Assembly (NCBI GenBank): GCA_039798785.1
Contig: JBDKFG010000048.1
Coordinates: 1 to 52,253 of the forward strand
Direction: 5' to 3'
Length of the DNA stretch: 52,253 nucleotides
Origin: Verrucomicrobiota bacterium
GTDB lineage: Bacteria > Verrucomicrobiota > Lentisphaeria > Lentisphaerales > Lentisphaeraceae
A program made the translations under genes and the position numbers. Under the pieces are notes generated by a model. That model saw only the letters and a list, made by a program, of their open reading frames with translations. It made no database searches and was not told the origin of the DNA. This document shows positions 1-7,800 of this stretch, piece by piece (position 1 is the stretch's first letter; each line of letters starts with the position of its first letter).

Positions 1-1
1 C

Positions 2-31
2 AAAAAGGCCCGCGCTGGTAAGCGCGGGCCT
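2..31 (-). terminator. Rho-independent terminator
   Basis: Stem AGGCCCGCGCT-ggta-AGCGCGGGCCT with an A-tract on the left (U-tract on - strand), 20 bp after the stop at 52. Confidence 0.8.
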
Positions 32-51
32 GGAGAGAATCTGGAGGAGGA

Positions 52-432
52 TCAGAGCTTGACTTCTTCTTCCTTCTTGGGCTCGGCAGGCTTGCCGTGG
101 CCCGCGGCGGCACCACCGGCGCCGGCACCTTCGACGTGGCCGTCACGGCCTTTCGACGAGGGCAGGAAGCGGTAGTAGACCGAGAGCATCAGGATGGCGA
201 AGGTAGTGGCGTGGACCTTCTGGGTCAGCTCATCCCCGACGTTGTTGCCGTGGTAGCTGCCGGGGTAGGTCCAGTAACCTTCAGGCTTCTGGTTCTGGCG
301 GAGCATGGGCTCGAACTTCTTGCGCCAGGCGGTCCAGGTGCCGCCACCTTCCTGGAAGGCCGCATAGGTGCCGTAGTACCAGGTGTAGAAGGCGTCATGA
401 GGGGGGCTGTTCCAGTCGACTTTCTTGATGTC
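52..432 (-). pseudogene. 3' remnant of a prenyltransferase/squalene-oxidase-repeat protein
   Basis: The frame of ORF 52..306 extends upstream as DIKKVDWNSPPHDAFYTWYYGTYAAFQEGGGTWTAWRKKFEPMLRQNQKPEGYW...ATTFAILMLSVYYRFLP, which resembles the C-terminus of PVC prenyltransferase-repeat proteins. No proper 5' part; in-frame stop at 484-486. Confidence 0.7.
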
Positions 433-959
433 AAGGCGGCGCGTTCTTCCAGGACTCGCAAGGCGCTGCGGTAGATGGAGCTGTCAGACGAGAAGAAGTC
501 GACATCGCTGAAGGCTTTTTTGACCTCGGGATCGGCGTAGAAATTGGCACTGGCTTTTGAGTTCAAATTCCAGTTCTCGGCGCGCAGGCGTCCGGGAGCG
601 AGAATGCCGGCGGGGTAGCTTGACAATGCGACGTCTTTGGGCGAGCTCATGGGGTTGAGATGATCATGGTAAGCTGCCCGCTCTTCCAGGACACGCAAAG
701 CGGAGCGGCGGATGCTGCTGTCACTCGAGAAGAAGTCGACATCGCTGAAGGCTTTTTTGACCTCGGGATCGGCGAGAAAATTCGCCTTGCCCCGTTGGCT
801 GAAGACCCATGCGGCGGGCTTGCAGGCCGGCGGCGGTGGCAGGCTGCGCGGCGCGGGTAGGCTCGGTGGCGGTAGCGGCAGTGGCTCGGGTGATTGGAAT
901 TGCAGGTTGCAGGAGCTGAAAGGCAGGGAGCTGAGGGCAATGATTATGAATTTTTTCAT
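225..959 (-). CDS. Putative lipoprotein with Pro-rich linker and two internal ~40-aa repeats; 3' end runs out of frame over the prenyltransferase remnant
   Basis: MKKFIIIALSSLPFSSC signal/lipobox-like start; repeat KANF.ADPEVKKAFSDVDFFSSDSSI.RSALRVLEERAA occurs twice. Confidence 0.55.
   Translation of the reverse strand: MKKFIIIALSSLPFSSCNLQFQSPEPLPLPPPSLPAPRSLPPPPACKPAAWVFSQRGKANFLADPEVKKAFSDVDFFSSDSSIRRSALRVLEERAAYHDHLNPMSSPKDVALSSYPAGILAPGRLRAENWNLNSKASANFYADPEVKKAFSDVDFFSSDSSIYRSALRVLEERAALTSRKSTGTAPLMTPSTPGTTAPMRPSRKVAAPGPPGARSSSPCSARTRSLKVTGPTPAATTATTSGMS
441..790. repeat. Direct repeat, ~105 bp, offset 237 bp
   Basis: Identical 49-bp core at 489-537 and 726-774; flanks differ mostly at synonymous positions. 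Confidence 0.9.
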
Positions 960-1121
960 GGCATGGTCTCGAGGGGGATTGGTGAAGATTAAAGAATCGC
1001 CGACAAGAAGATACGCCCGGGGAGATGGGGAATGCAAATTTTTCGACAATCTTCATGCCGCTATTTGTTTTGCGCTCACCGCAAGGCTTAGATTGTCTGC
1101 GCACCCCTAAGAGGCTTGATC

Positions 1122-1655
1122 ATGAAAAAACACTTCGCTACAACGGCCGTGATACTAGTTTTGTCCTGTGCTAGCCAAGTGCCAGCCACCGTCCCGGAAG
1201 AGGTGTTTTTGTTAACCCAAAAACCGACCTATTCGTGGAACTGGCAGTCACACGGAAAGCCAGACTCGTGGGTGGAACTGTTTGATGCCAGCTCCGCGGT
1301 CACGGAGGCGATGCGCTCCCGCAGAGGCGCCGTCGATCAATTCGACAAGACGGGCAAAGCCTTGATGTTCTATGCCATTTCAAGCTACAATCCGAAACTC
1401 ATTTGCGCGCTACTGGAGCTTGGTGCTAAACGTGAGGGGGTCACGGACCAGGGGCTGAGCGCTCTGGAGGTTCTTGACGTCGAAAGGCCCTACACAGATC
1501 CCTACGGCAACCCGGCTTGTGATGAGATGCGGCATATCTGTTTCATCATCTTGAGCAGCCCGCAGTACCCACTCCCTCGGACCGAACAGGCGAAGATCGA
1601 GGCGATCATCCAGAATTCACGGTATCAGGAAATCCTGAGAAAGTTCTGGTATTGA
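1122..1655 (+). CDS. Secreted ankyrin-repeat-like protein
   Basis: Signal peptide; D.TGKALMFYAISSYNPKLICALLELGA...DQGLSAL ankyrin-like motif. Confidence 0.6.
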   Translation: MKKHFATTAVILVLSCASQVPATVPEEVFLLTQKPTYSWNWQSHGKPDSWVELFDASSAVTEAMRSRRGAVDQFDKTGKALMFYAISSYNPKLICALLELGAKREGVTDQGLSALEVLDVERPYTDPYGNPACDEMRHICFIILSSPQYPLPRTEQAKIEAIIQNSRYQEILRKFWY

Positions 1656-1726
1656 TTTGCGAGACTTGTCGTCGTCGCTATCGGGCTCGCATCGGCAAAC
1701 GGCGCTCTCAGGAAGACAAACTGAAC

Positions 1727-1754
1727 AAACCGGCTGGCAGCCGGCGCTCCCAGG
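1727..1754 (-). repeat. REP-like palindrome, family C (CTGGGAGCGCCGGCTGCCAGCCGGTTT)
   Basis: Near-identical copies at 47387-47414 and 48716-48743. Confidence 0.8.
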
Positions 1755-1788
1755 AAAAGCCCCCGCCGGTCTCCCGGCGGGGGCTTCT
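1755..1788. terminator. Terminator hairpin between the convergent ankyrin gene and ahcY
   Basis: AAGCCCCCGCCGG-tctc-CCGGCGGGGGCTT, 13-bp perfect stem with flanking A/T. Confidence 0.8.
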
Positions 1789-1791
1789 CGT

Positions 1792-1829
1792 TCAAGACTT
1801 TTGAATCTTGAATTTGGAATTTTGAATTC
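1792..1829. repeat. Heptamer tandem repeat (TYTTGAA)n directly after the ahcY stop
   Basis: ttttgaa tcttgaa tttggaa ttttgaa. Confidence 0.8.
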
Positions 1830-3335
1830 TCAATAGCGGTAGTGCTCGGCCTTGTAGGGGCCTTCGACCTTGACGCCGATGTAGGCGGCCTGCTCCTTGC
1901 TGAGAACGGTCAGCTTGGCGCCGATCTTCTCGAGGTGGAGGCGGGCGACTTCTTCGTCGAGGTGCTTGGGCAGGATGTAGACGCCGGCCTTGTACTTGTC
2001 CTTGTTCTTCCACAGGTCGATCTGGGCGAGAGTCTGGTTGGAGAAGGAGTTGGACATGACGAAGCTGGGGTGGCCGGTGGCGCAGCCGAGGTTGACGAGC
2101 CGGCCTTCGGCGAGCATGAAGATGCGGTGCTTGGGGAAGTCGTAGGCGTCCACCTGGGGCTTGATGGTGGTCTTCTTGACGCCCTTGGCCTTGTTCAGAC
2201 GGTCGATCTGGATCTCGTTGTCGAAGTGGCCGATGTTGCAGACGATCGCCTGGTCCTTCATCTTCGCCATGTGCTCAAGGGTGATGATGTCCTTGTTGCC
2301 GGTGGTGGTGACGTAGATGTCGGCGATGCCGAGGCTGTCCTCGACGGTGACGACGCGGTAGCCTTCCATCGCGGCCTGGAGGGCGCAGATGGGGTCGACT
2401 TCGGTGACCCAGACGGTGGCGCCGAGGCCGCGGAGCGACTGGGCCGAGCCTTTGCCGACATCGCCGTAACCGCAGACCAGTGCGACCTTGCCGGCGATCA
2501 TCACGTCGGTGGCGCGCTTGATGCCGTCGACGAGGGATTCGCGGCAGCCGTAGAGGTTGTCGAACTTCGACTTGGTGACGCAGTCGTTGACGTTGATGGC
2601 GGGAACGAGGAGCTCGCCTTTCTTCATCATTTCGTAGAGGCGGTGGACGCCGGTGGTGGTCTCTTCGGAGACGCCTTTCCAGTCCTTGACGACGCCGTGC
2701 CAGTGCTTGGGCAGGGCCTTGTGGGTCTTCTTGAGCAGGTCCTTGATGATCTGCTCCTCTTCCGAGCCGGACTTGGAGTTGACCCATTTCGGGCCGGACT
2801 TCTCGAGCTCATAACCCTTGTGGATGAGCAGGGTGGCGTCGCCGCCGTCGTCGACGATCAGCTGCGGGCCTTTGTTGCCGGGGAAGGTGAGGGCCTTCCA
2901 GGTGCATTCCCAGTATTCGGTGAGGGTTTCGCCCTTCCAGGCGAAGACCGGGATGCCGGCGGCAGCGATGGCGGCGGCGGCGTGGTCTTGGGTGGAGAAG
3001 ATGTTGCAGGAGGCCCAGCGGACGTCGGCGCCGAGCTCGACGAGGGTTTCGATCAGGACGGCGGTCTGGATGGTCATGTGCAGCGAGCCGGAGATGCGGA
3101 CGCCCTTGAGCGGCTTCTCCTTGGCGTACTTGGCGCGGATCGCCATCAGGCCGGGCATTTCGTGCTGGGCGACTTCGATCTCCTTGCGACCCCATTCAGC
3201 CAGCGACATGTCGCGGACCTGGTAGTCGGAGAAGACGGCCTTCTTGGCGGCCTTGGGGGCGGCAGAAGCCTTCTTGGCGGGTGCGGCGACCGCGATGGCG
3301 GCGGCCTTGACGGCGGTTTTCTTGGGTGCGGGCAT
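1830..3335 (-). CDS. ahcY: Adenosylhomocysteinase
   Basis: [66 protein letters not shown]; start chosen at the ATG with RBS AAGGA. Confidence 0.98.
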   Translation of the reverse strand: MPAPKKTAVKAAAIAVAAPAKKASAAPKAAKKAVFSDYQVRDMSLAEWGRKEIEVAQHEMPGLMAIRAKYAKEKPLKGVRISGSLHMTIQTAVLIETLVELGADVRWASCNIFSTQDHAAAAIAAAGIPVFAWKGETLTEYWECTWKALTFPGNKGPQLIVDDGGDATLLIHKGYELEKSGPKWVNSKSGSEEEQIIKDLLKKTHKALPKHWHGVVKDWKGVSEETTTGVHRLYEMMKKGELLVPAINVNDCVTKSKFDNLYGCRESLVDGIKRATDVMIAGKVALVCGYGDVGKGSAQSLRGLGATVWVTEVDPICALQAAMEGYRVVTVEDSLGIADIYVTTTGNKDIITLEHMAKMKDQAIVCNIGHFDNEIQIDRLNKAKGVKKTTIKPQVDAYDFPKHRIFMLAEGRLVNLGCATGHPSFVMSNSFSNQTLAQIDLWKNKDKYKAGVYILPKHLDEEVARLHLEKIGAKLTVLSKEQAAYIGVKVEGPYKAEHYRY

Positions 3336-3364
3336 GTGTTTGTCCTTGTTGGGGTTGTTGTGAG

Positions 3365-3423
3365 GATTCAAGATTCAAAATTCAAGAGAGCGAGGAGGGC
3401 GATTCAAGATTCAAAATTCAAGA
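3365..3423. repeat. Heptamer arrays (ATTCAAR)n, forming a 23-bp direct repeat upstream of ahcY
   Basis: GATTCAAGATTCAAAATTCAAGA at 3365-3387 and 3401-3423. Confidence 0.85.
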
Positions 3424-3961
3424 TGGAAGAGTGGCTGCGGGGGAATCTTTCGATTCAAGAAATTTCTTGTGGCGGATGGCGCTGCGCAGGGCGGGGATGA
3501 GGAAGCAGGCCATGACGATTGTGGTGGGGAGGGAGCCTTGAAGCACAATCCCGATTAAACAGACGAGGGTAATAGCTGGGGCTCGATTCGGAGCAAGCAA
3601 TAAGAATAACTAACAGGGATGAATTAAACCCTCGTTTTGCCTCGTCAATCGCGCGCTTGTGAGTGGCGACACTGGCGTGAAAAGCGTTAGTCTGGGCCGT
3701 GTTGACGCGCATGGCGAGATCCAGCATTTTCGGATCCACCTGAGCTAGGTCAATTGATTGAGGAACAGGCAGGATTTGCGGCGGACGCATCACCGTAGAG
3801 GCATGCGTCACCAAGCTGATCAAACAGGAGAAAATCAACATCCACAAATAGGCCTTGGCGAAGTCGAAACCTCGGGCGTCGTCGCCATGCGATCGGGCCG
3901 CGGCGAGACGCTCGGACGTCAGGCCTTGGGATGCAGCGGCGTTATCGGGCGAGATATTCAT
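3418..3961 (-). pseudogene. Frameshifted membrane protein
   Basis: MNISPDN...FNSSLLVILIA continues as hydrophobic PNRAPAITLVCLIGIVLQGSLPTTIVMACFLIPAL in another frame; junction at a TTGC/TTGC duplication (3593-3600). Confidence 0.55.
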
Positions 3962-3981
3962 AGGCAGTTCCTTGTTTGCGC

Positions 3982-4085
3982 TCGACCCCTTGTGGGTCGC
4001 ACATGGTAGCCCAGGGTCGAGCCGCATCGGCGAAGACCCTGGGTTGGGATACAAAAGGAGTTCCGACCCGCATCGGGTCGCACAG
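3982..4085. repeat. REP arm family A (left arm, inverted relative to 4566-4775)
   Basis: CGACCC hairpin - TAGCCCAGGGTC..GACCCTGGGTT hairpin - CGACCC hairpin; reverse complement of the upstream units. Confidence 0.9.
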
Positions 4086-4096
4086 AGTTCTGTGGC

Positions 4097-4552
4097 TCAG
4101 TTCCATAGCGTCGCCTCATCGTAGGCGATTTGGTGTTTCTGCAGCAGCTCGATGAATTCCGCCGCGAACGGCTGTTTGAGATGGTGATCCTCTTGAGCTA
4201 GGATATACTGGTTGACCTTGGTCAATTGCGACTGGCTCACCGAGAACAATCCATAACCTTTCTGCCAGGCGAATTCGGGGATGCCATGCGGCTGTTCACG
4301 AATCCACGTCGTGCTGGCTTTTTTGATCTCGCGGATGTAATCCGCACCGGCCATCGCACGAGGCAAGTCGGTGGAAATGTGGATGTGATCGGAGATGCCG
4401 CCGATGGTGATTTCGCCATGCGATCCCAGACCCTGACAGACGCCGTTGAGATAGGCGTAGAGACCGAGGCGGAGTTGCGGATTCTGCAAATAATGGCGCC
4501 GATCCTTGGTGGCGAAGACGATATGAACATGCAAAGCAGAAAAGGATTGCAT
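4097..4552 (-). mobile_element. tnpA: Y1/HUH transposase (IS200/IS605 TnpA-like, REP-associated) #1
   Basis: HIVFATKDR, HUH motif DHIHI, WQKGYGLFSVS, catalytic Y in QYILAQEDHH; flanked by inverted REP arms; no tnpB. Confidence 0.92.
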
Positions 4553-4565
4553 GGTCAAGCTCCAA

Positions 4566-4775
4566 ACGCTGTGCGACCCGCAAGGGGTCGGAGATCATTT
4601 CTGCCGCCAACCCAGGGTCTGCGACCCTGGGCTACCATGTGCGACCCGCAAGGGGTCGAAGGAAGAACAGACGCTGTGCGACCCGCAAGGGGTCGGAAAT
4701 CATTTTTGCCGCCAACCCAGGGTCTGCGACCCTGGGCTACCATGTGCGACCCGCAAGGGGTCGAACGAAGAGCAG
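4566..4775. repeat. REP family A, 2 x 105-bp tandem units
   Basis: Units start at 4566 and 4671; each has two GTGCGACCCGCAAGGGGTCG hairpins around CCCAGGGTCTGCGACCCTGGG. Confidence 0.95.
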
Positions 4776-4857
4776 CACGCCAGCAATTATGCCGGGGCCC
4801 GTCGCCTTCATTCGCCTTGTGAGTCTTCATCATCTCTTCAATCTTCCCTTTTCACTC

Positions 4858-4899
4858 TTGAATGGCCGCTATTGAATTTTGAATCTTGAATTTTGAATT
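4858..4899. repeat. Heptamer tandem repeat directly after the pfkB stop
   Basis: ttgaa ttttgaa tcttgaa ttttgaa; inverted relative to 3365-3423. Confidence 0.8.
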
Positions 4900-5883
4900 T
4901 CAGTTCGGGAACTCCGCCCGGATCTGCTTCCAGGTGGCTTCGGGGATGCTGGCGCCCATGATCTGGACGACGGCGGCGCCGGTGGCGGCGGCGAGGGAGG
5001 CGGCGCGTTCGACGTCCCAGCCGCGGTGGAGGCCGGCGAGGAGGCCGGAGGCCCAGAGGTCGCCGGCGCCGGTGGTGTCGACGGCGTTGACGCGGCGGGC
5101 GGCGACGCGGTGGCGACGGCCGTGCTGTGAGATCACCGCGCCGTCGGGGCCGAGCTTGACCGCGGCGGTGGCGCAGAGTTTCTCGAGGCGGTCGAGGGCG
5201 TCGACGGGGTTGGCGTGGCCGCTGAAGGCCTTGGCTTCGTCCTCGTTGGCGAAGACCAGGTCGACGTAGTCGTTCAAGAGGTCGCCGAGGATGTCGGCGT
5301 TGGCGCGGACGACTTCAAACGAGGCCAGGTCGAGCGAGATCTTGCAACCGGCTTCCTTGGCGCATTTGAGGACGCGTTCGGCGAGGGGGCGGTTGAAGAG
5401 GACGTAGCCCTCGACGTGGGCGAGGCCGAAGCCGCGGAAGTCGTCGACGCTGACTTCTTCGGGCGACAGGGTGGCCGCGGCGCCGAGGAAGGGACGCAGG
5501 GTGCGCTGGGCGTCGGGGGTGACGAGCGACAGGCAGGAGCCGCTCGGCACCTCGGCGCTGGTCTTGAAGCGCGAAGCGTCGCCGCCGGCCTGGCGGAAGC
5601 TGTCGAGGAAGTACTGGCCGCGGGCGTCCTTGCCGACCTTGCCGAGGAAGGCGGCCTGGTGGCCGAGTTTCAAGAGGCCGAGGATGGTGTTGGCCGCCGA
5701 GCCGCCGGGAGCGGTTTCGAGGGGCGCGAGGCCGCTCTTTTCGGCTTGCGCGACAAGGGTGTTGAGTTCGTTGGCATCGAGCATCACCATGCCGCCCTTC
5801 TCGCCGGCATGCTGCCGGATGAAGGCGTCATCGACGCGAGCCAGGATGTCAACGAGAGGGGAACCGATGCCGATGGTTTTCAT
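4900..5883 (-). CDS. PfkB-family carbohydrate kinase, probably adenosine/inosine kinase
   Basis: GSPLVDI, PGGSAANT, VFANEDEA, VDTTGAGD motifs; lies between metK and ahcY. Confidence 0.9.
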   Translation of the reverse strand: MKTIGIGSPLVDILARVDDAFIRQHAGEKGGMVMLDANELNTLVAQAEKSGLAPLETAPGGSAANTILGLLKLGHQAAFLGKVGKDARGQYFLDSFRQAGGDASRFKTSAEVPSGSCLSLVTPDAQRTLRPFLGAAATLSPEEVSVDDFRGFGLAHVEGYVLFNRPLAERVLKCAKEAGCKISLDLASFEVVRANADILGDLLNDYVDLVFANEDEAKAFSGHANPVDALDRLEKLCATAAVKLGPDGAVISQHGRRHRVAARRVNAVDTTGAGDLWASGLLAGLHRGWDVERAASLAAATGAAVVQIMGASIPEATWKQIRAEFPN

Positions 5884-5915
5884 GTGGGGAGGAACCAGGT
5901 TGAAAGGTTGAAAGG

Positions 5916-6068
5916 TCAGATATCGACTTTCTTGGTCAGGCAGATCAGGCCGGTGACGAAGGAGACGAAGAAACCGAGAGCGCCGAAAACTTGGCCGATC
6001 ATCCCGCCGAGGCAGAGAATGGCACTCGAGCAGACTAGCATGGTGCAGAGGATGAGGGCTTTGGACAT
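5916..6068 (-). CDS. Small 50-aa two-TM membrane protein (not in the ORF track)
   Basis: MSKALILCTMLVCSSAILCLGGMIGQVFGALGFFVSFVTGLICLTKKVDI*; starts 4 bp after the upstream stop; similar to its neighbour. Confidence 0.6.
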   Translation of the reverse strand: MSKALILCTMLVCSSAILCLGGMIGQVFGALGFFVSFVTGLICLTKKVDI

Positions 6069-6072
6069 CGGA

Positions 6073-6264
6073 TCACTCAGCGCGCTTGTCGGACTTGAAG
6101 AGGTAGAAAAGACCCGCCAGAAGAGAGACCACTAGACCGATGCCAGCCATCGCTTGGGAATCCCCCCGTGACTCTCGCCATTCCAAGGCGTTGGTCGCGA
6201 TGACCAACAAGGTGAATGACACGATGATGGCTGAGAGCAAGATCGCTTTCGCGGTGGTCAGCAT
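6073..6264 (-). CDS. Small 63-aa two-TM membrane protein
   Basis: RBS AGGAG, two hydrophobic segments. Confidence 0.65.
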   Translation of the reverse strand: MLTTAKAILLSAIIVSFTLLVIATNALEWRESRGDSQAMAGIGLVVSLLAGLFYLFKSDKRAE

Positions 6265-6345
6265 GAGGGGCTCCTGGACGGAGTTTGAGGGTGCAGATCG
6301 GCCGGATCCGACTGATCGGACCGATCTGCGGTGCGTGAAACTCTC

Positions 6346-7536
6346 TTATTTCAGTCCCGCGGCGGCGCGGAGCTCGCTGGTCTTGTTGGTCTTTTCCCAG
6401 GGGAAGAGATCGCGGCCGAAGTGGCCGTAGGCGGCGGAGTCCTGGTATTTCCAGCCTTGGCCGGTGGTGCGCAGGCCGAGGGCGGTTTCGATGGCGGCGG
6501 GCTTCATCGAGAAGACCTGGCGGATGACGCCTTCGAGCTGGTTGTCGTCGGGCAGGACGCCGGTGCCGAAGGTGTCGACGCAGAGGGAGACCGGTTCGGC
6601 GACGCCGATGGCGTAGGCGACCTGGATTTCGCACTTCTCGGCGAGGCCGGCGGCGACGATGTTCTTGGCGACGTAGCGGGCCATGTAGGCGGCCGAGCGG
6701 TCGACCTTGGTCGGGTCCTTGCCGGAGAAGGCGCCGCCGCCGTGGGCACCGACACCGCCGTAGGAGTCGACGATGATCTTGCGTCCGGTGAGGCCGCAGT
6801 CGCCGTGGGGGCCGCCGATGATGAACTGGCCGGTGGGGTTGACGTAGTAGGTGATGCCGGCGTGGAGGAACTGGACGGGAATGACGCTGGCGACGACTTC
6901 GCGGACGGCTTTTTCGAGCCATTCGCGGGGCATGTCTTCGCTGTGCTGGTGCGAGACGACGACCGCTTCGACGCGGACCGGCTTGCCGTTGTCGTAGCGG
7001 AAGCTGACTTGCGACTTGGCGTCGGGGCGGAGGAACTTCCTGCCTTCGGCGGTGCTGCGGCGGAGATCGGCGAACTTCTCGAGGATGCGGTGCGAGTAGT
7101 GGATCGGGGCGGGCATCAGCGAGCTGGTTTCGCTGGTGGCGTAGCCGAACATCATGCCCTGGTCGCCGGCGCCCTGTTCCTTGAACAGGCCTTCGCCTTC
7201 GTTGACGCCCATCGCGATGTCGGCCGATTGGGCGTGGACGCGGACGTCGACCTTGCAGGTGTCGGCGCAGAATTCGAGCTCGGGCTTGTCGTAGCCGATC
7301 TTGCGGATGGTGTCGCGGGCGATCTTCTCGAAGTCGACCTTGGCGTTGGTGGTGATTTCGCCGGCGATGCAGACGAAGTTGGTGGTGACGAGGGTTTCGC
7401 AGGCGACGCGGGACTTAGGGTCCTGGGCGAGGCAGGCGTCGAGGACGCCGTCGGAGATCTGGTCGGCGACCTTGTCGGGGTGGCCTTCGGAGACCGATTC
7501 GGAGGTGAAGATGTGATTGGTGCGGTACTTGGACAT
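6346..7536 (-). CDS. metK: S-adenosylmethionine synthetase
   Basis: [41 protein letters not shown]. Confidence 0.98.
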   Translation of the reverse strand: MSKYRTNHIFTSESVSEGHPDKVADQISDGVLDACLAQDPKSRVACETLVTTNFVCIAGEITTNAKVDFEKIARDTIRKIGYDKPELEFCADTCKVDVRVHAQSADIAMGVNEGEGLFKEQGAGDQGMMFGYATSETSSLMPAPIHYSHRILEKFADLRRSTAEGRKFLRPDAKSQVSFRYDNGKPVRVEAVVVSHQHSEDMPREWLEKAVREVVASVIPVQFLHAGITYYVNPTGQFIIGGPHGDCGLTGRKIIVDSYGGVGAHGGGAFSGKDPTKVDRSAAYMARYVAKNIVAAGLAEKCEIQVAYAIGVAEPVSLCVDTFGTGVLPDDNQLEGVIRQVFSMKPAAIETALGLRTTGQGWKYQDSAAYGHFGRDLFPWEKTNKTSELRAAAGLK

Positions 7537-7568
7537 GTGTTTTCTCCACGGGTTTTGCGGTTGCCGCG

Positions 7569-7597
7569 AATCTATCCGCATATGTGCATGGATGCAA
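7569..7597 (-). promoter_or_regulatory. Sigma70-type promoter of metK
   Basis: TTGCAT-17 bp-TAGATT on the - strand, ~30 bp before the ATG. Confidence 0.6.
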
Positions 7598-7800
7598 GGA
7601 GCAATTTTCGGGAGGAGTACGGTGGGAAGGCGGCAAGAGCTTGACGGGAGCAGGAGCCGATTGCGGGCAAATCGGCTCAAGTAGCTTGGCTTGCCAGCGC
7701 CAACTTTTTCTCAGGAAAAACGGCGGCGACCTGTAACTTGCGGGGATTGCCACTGCACTCACTTTCTATGAAGTACAAACCAACTTGGGAGTTCCAGCGA

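Noticed and set aside
1842..3500. Long antisense ORFs (also 6331..7644, 10405..12981, 17364..19427, 23382..25193, 37562..39394, 39620..40981, 49919..51307)
   Set aside because: Shadows of high-GC3 real genes on the opposite strand; no protein motifs
3336..3520. SAH/SAM riboswitch or SahR operator upstream of ahcY (palindrome CAAGAAATTTCTTG at 3456-3469)
   Set aside because: No riboswitch consensus recognisable; the palindrome lies inside the upstream pseudogene and has no counterpart at metK
7574..7593. Operator palindrome overlapping the metK promoter
   Set aside because: Only ATCC..GGAT ends and a short CATATG core; too weak to call
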